Source of the DNA: Macrostomum lignano
Taxonomy: Eukaryota
Direction: 5' to 3'
NCBI GenBank assembly: GCA_002269645.1
Contig: NIVC01000014.1
Span: 248,001-312,000, forward strand
Length of the DNA: 64,000 bases
This document shows positions 37,956 through 64,000 of the stretch, one piece after another; the stretch's first letter is position 1; each line of letters starts with the position of its first letter. The notes beneath the pieces are model-generated. The model was not told where the DNA came from and did no database searches. It worked only from the letters and a program-made list of their open reading frames with translations. The position numbers and the translations under genes were made by a program.

Positions 37956-40900
37956 GGAAAATTCTCATAGACCCGTGCTACTCAACAGAAAAAAGTCCGA
38001 GAAACGATCCAATCCAGATTTCAAGCGCACCCTGTCACAGCTTAGATTAGCAAACCATATATACACTGGTCTGCATGCGAAACAATGAGGACTGCGAGAC
38101 CAAAGATCCCTAGCGAGAACAGGACCTGCCCATTACTGCCGTGTGGGGAATTTCACTTTTGCTGGTTATCTAGTGTAGTTGGAACTTTTATATTGCTCCG
38201 CATGATGAAATTGAATTCTGGAAAGCTCGGGTAAAGTTTCGAATTTCTAAAAACGGTACTGCAGAGGGGATAAAGTGTTTTATCTAATGACTCAAAAATA
38301 AAAGGATAAGAGACATAATGGAAATTCTAGCAAAACTCATCAAAAACATGACACAAGCCAGCAGAATGCAACTGCCCTGCTGAAGCTTCAATTTGGTGCG
38401 GAAGAATAAGCTCCAAGATTTTAACTCCCGTTACGTCAAAAAATATTTTTATTGGTAGCTTTTCACAATACATATTTCTTTAATTTTCATTCATTAGGTA
38501 AAATTAATTGCATAAATAATTGATGGGTTTCGACCTTCGGGCTCCTTGTTAGGGAAGCCTTCGGACCTCAGGCTCAGAAATAAATCAATTAGAGACCTGG
38601 CCCCCCACTCCTGTCAGATGGTCAGCCCCATGGTAGCTTGATCGTGTGGCGAGCAGTCTAGGTCCTATAGCTAAGAGAGGGACAGCGAGAGACGAGCAGG
38701 GAGAATTTTGAAAGTAGAAATTAGCTAATCCGCAGATCAACTAACTTGCTGCCACCAGCCCGTGCGCCCTGGCTCACCACACCGGGACTCTCGAAATCGG
38801 GCTTCCGACTAGAAGGGGCTTTGCACTTACCTGCCAACTAGTGTCTTTTTGCTGTCAATCTCGAAGTCATAGCCGATGATAAGGGACACTGCTGGGACTA
38901 GATCGCGTTGGCCATGCAGGTACAGAGGGGACTTGTGCAGGGGATTCTTGCGGTGGCGAGTCTATGGGGTAGCTACATGTACTATTACATTGCTAAATAC
39001 GAAGATATGTACTTTTAGCCTTCAACGCGCCAACTAGCCTCTCATAGCGCTGATGATAGGCTAACTCGAACTTCAGAGACCTCGCATGATTCATTACCCG
39101 AGCCGCTTGGCTAACCTAGAGTGCACAAAGTACATCTCTGGCGCCGATTCTGCACTTCTGGCAGTTTTGCTCACTGATTTGATTGATTGATCGACTGAGA
39201 ACCGCCTTGCCATTGGTCCACTGTGACCGGCGCCTACTAGCTTAGCTACTCATCTGAGCCATCGGCGAACAAAGAACTAAAACCGATAAAAATAACTGTC
39301 AGATTTAACCTTCTCCTTAGATCACTTCACACTTCGGATCGAATTGGAGTTTCAGACTACTGGCAGTATTATTGAATGATTTCTGCCTCAGTAACAGCAC
39401 CACTGAACAAAATGAGCAAAAGTTTGCGCCTAATTCAGCTACTGAAACAGGGGACAGATAGGGAACCACCCAATCAAGCAAGTCTAGGTAGCCTCTCACC
39501 CAACCAATCAGAAACTCAACAGCCGGAGACCAGGTAATCCACAGTGACCGAATCGGCTTGATGCTCTGCAGCTGTAGACTCGGGATGATGCTGTCAAGAT
39601 CTTCACTGTCAGCTAGCAGGTGATGCTCTTCACTTGATGTTCGCTGCTGATGACCGGGGGATTCGTCCTTGATGATGACGGGGGGGGGGTCGCAATCCGG
39701 GGATCAAGAGACGACGGTCAGGCTCCGGGAGGTCTCTAGCTAGGCCAAGTTCCCAGGAGGTTGAGGTCCGAGCGGGCCAAAAACACCGGTTTAAATAGCC
39801 GCCAACTGGACCGCAGTTTGTTATAACAGAACACGTCGATTCTGATTGGCTGAGCCGTTTTGTTAAAATGAGCGTCGAATTTTCTGATTGGCTAAGCTTG
39901 TTGCTACCCAGAATCACGTGACCGAGAGATCCTATCAGTTCCCACAGGGTCGTAAAAAGATGACAGGTGCGGCCATAAATCACTCAAAATCGCAACAAAA
40001 TGATTTATGACTTTTCGCGTAGGATTGACAGAAATTAATGAAAAAATATACATTAGAAAGCTCTTATTAAATAGAAAGTGAAGATAATGAAGAGAAATTG
40101 CTAATCGCTAATCCCAAAGTACTTTTAGGGGTAAAACGCATAGCTGTCAAAGCTGTCACACGCTTGAGTGAATCCGAACAATAGGCTCTGACCTCACAAA
40201 TCTTGATGGCCTGTCAAAACGATGAGAAAAAAGCTACCGCCCGCATCCTCTCAGACCATCTGGCGCCCGTCTCAACACTGAGTGAGGCGCAGGTGGCTGT
40301 CAGACCAGCTTCGAAAGCGATGATTTATGACCCAAAAAGCAATGCCTATGTTATTATGACTACTAGTATGGCCAGACATTATATCTAGTATAGATTCTAT
40401 GACAATTTGCAGAAAAAGGATAAAAATGCCCATCGCCCACTGTTAGTAGGCTAGTAAATTTAGAGCCCATGTGCTAGCGCGGGATTTGGAAAAAAGTGCG
40501 TCCTCATCATAATATCATAAAATGCAGAAATCATCACCCTCGACTAGCGCATGCACACATACATTGTACAGTATATAATACGCTCGTAACAACAGTAAAA
40601 TTAAAGATTTTTGGAGCCGCATTAGCGTTTTCCTTGCATGGATTGCAGTGAAGTATTCCAAATTTTAAAGTCCCTACCATTACTATAACATCACTCTGCT
40701 CTTTGTAGACAATTTTTTAATTCAGAATCTTCTAACTTTTCTATTCTTGGATGGCCACACCCACTGCATTTAGGAGCTATAACGTCAATATCACGAATTC
40801 GCGTGCTGCAGTTTCTATTGCAATTTTTTAATCCTATACGCAGCCTTAAATCAGCACTATATATAGCTTAAATTTACTTTTTCAGTCAAGGTTGGTAGTC

Positions 40901-41106
40901 AGCAATCAGCCTCATTCCTTTATATTTATCGCTGCTTATGTATCTAAAATATATAGATATCGCTGTAGCTCAGCAAACAATTCCAGGAAAATGTGTGACA
41001 GACTGAAACACTCCGGAAATGCATCTACCTTCGCCAAACAACGGAGGCTTTTATGCAAACAACAGAAATTTTAGAGAAATTTTCATTTCGTCTATCATTA
41101 TCTAGT

Positions 41107-41545
<439 letters not shown>

Positions 41546-42174
41546 TGGATGGACGATGGGATGTTGACTGTAACTATTTTTTAATTTTGCGATAGCTTTT
41601 TCATCTCTACCTATAAAAATCACTCATAATTGCTGTGCGTAATGCGTATAGTAATCGTTACCCCATAATTTGATGGATCATTTTTCTTCTCTGCATTTTA
41701 CCAGTCTAGCGAAGTATTATTATTGGTGGTAAATTTCTACAAGCAATGCAAGTTCTGGGAATGAAAATTTTGTGGAAATAGTCTGTACATTTAATCTATA
41801 CTGTGTAACATTTTACGCAGATAATTCGGAAGAGAGTTGTTTTTAACAAAGTATTTAATTTTCTCTATCGCTAGACCGAAAAGTTTGCAAAATTAAAACC
41901 CTTTTGAAAAGAAAAATGTTAAAACTATACATTTTTTTCTTATAATGCTAAGATATAATACCTAATAGCATGAAATCTAATATACAGTTTTTAAATATTA
42001 ACATGTTTGACTTGTAGCGACGTGCTATTTTTCTAAGCTGACCATTGAAAGCGTCGGCACGTGACTAGCGTGAAAATTCTGACACTAATGGCTTCATAAA
42101 TTATTTTATGTTGTATTTATACGATTCTATCATAGCCGTTTCTGCACTATTTTTCAGATTAGAGCGGTTGAACA

Positions 42175-63467
<21,293 letters not shown>

Positions 63468-64000
63468 CCTTTACTTGTACCTTAAAAATAGGTTTGACCT
63501 TCATTTGTACCCTTTTTAGCAATTCACTGTTATGGTGTTTATTATGACCTTCAGTTGTACCTGCCCTGTCTGCTCATAGTTTTGACCTCTATTTGTACCC
63601 TAAGAGAATCGCTCTAATACTGAATGTTCTGCTCCAGTAGTAACTTAAGCTTGTGACGCTATCGAGGACCACCAATTCAAATTTATTTCAAACAAGCACA
63701 ATGGGCTTCCCATGTGTACGAAATGAAAGGAAATAAACTTTTTTCAAAGTTTATACATGATCCAGCTATAACTGTTTGTTTTTTTAAAAAACTTCTGAAA
63801 CATAAAAAAACAACTTTCAAACCTTCTCGAATCAAACGTGCTGCATTTTCGTTAGTCGTTTAGAATTTTTCCTGCTCTAAGGTGTTGTGCTTTTTGTTTA
63901 AAAAATTGCCATATAAACAAACAGCTTCGCTTTGTTTATGGTTTATTTGTGTTATCATTTTTATTTGCTCTGAGACATATCAGTAGTTACATGTTTAATA

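Noticed and set aside
38520-38552. Hammerhead ribozyme on the minus strand (ctaacaaggagcccgaaggtcgaaac)
   Set aside because: The core reads CUAACAA rather than CUGANGA, so catalytic G5 and G8 are absent. No other CUGANGA..GAAA pair with proper stems was found by eye.
38547-39965. Solo LTR bounded by TG..CA
   Set aside because: The flanks (ctcct and ggtgc) give no TSD, and no PBS or PPT was seen.

Overview
This is eukaryotic (animal) genomic DNA, not prokaryotic. GC-rich exons are separated by GT-AG introns, most of which hold their own minisatellite; this style suggests a flatworm such as Macrostomum, but the taxon is an inference. Hand-spliced models with consistent exon phases give: (1) an 8-exon OCRL/INPP5B-type inositol 5-phosphatase (+, 2139-11707, ~783 aa); (2) an intronless class A GPCR with a ~275-aa unrecognised ectodomain and a TKL motif in place of DRY (-, 18742-20682); (3) the last exon of an unknown Cys-rich/Lys-rich protein (-, 22331-22719); (4) a 4-exon CDC34/UBE2R E2 enzyme (+, 25603-30300, 256 aa); (5) a secreted PAN-like plus ALK/LTK-type glycine-rich protein (-, 33749-37224) whose first exon is split by a 1670-bp element with perfect 34-bp TIRs and a 2-bp TSD; removing the element restores a 417-aa ORF; (6) a 13-exon integrin alpha (+, 42175-63467, ~1328 aa) with PFFQR in place of GFFKR and a long Pro-rich tail. 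Also present are two tRNA-derived CORE-like SINEs, several hAT-type MITEs, a Tc1/mariner remnant and about 30 tandem arrays. Most long ORFs in the supplied track are repeat artefacts. There is no CRISPR array, rRNA or convincing tRNA gene. No database searches were run, so all novelty claims are provisional.
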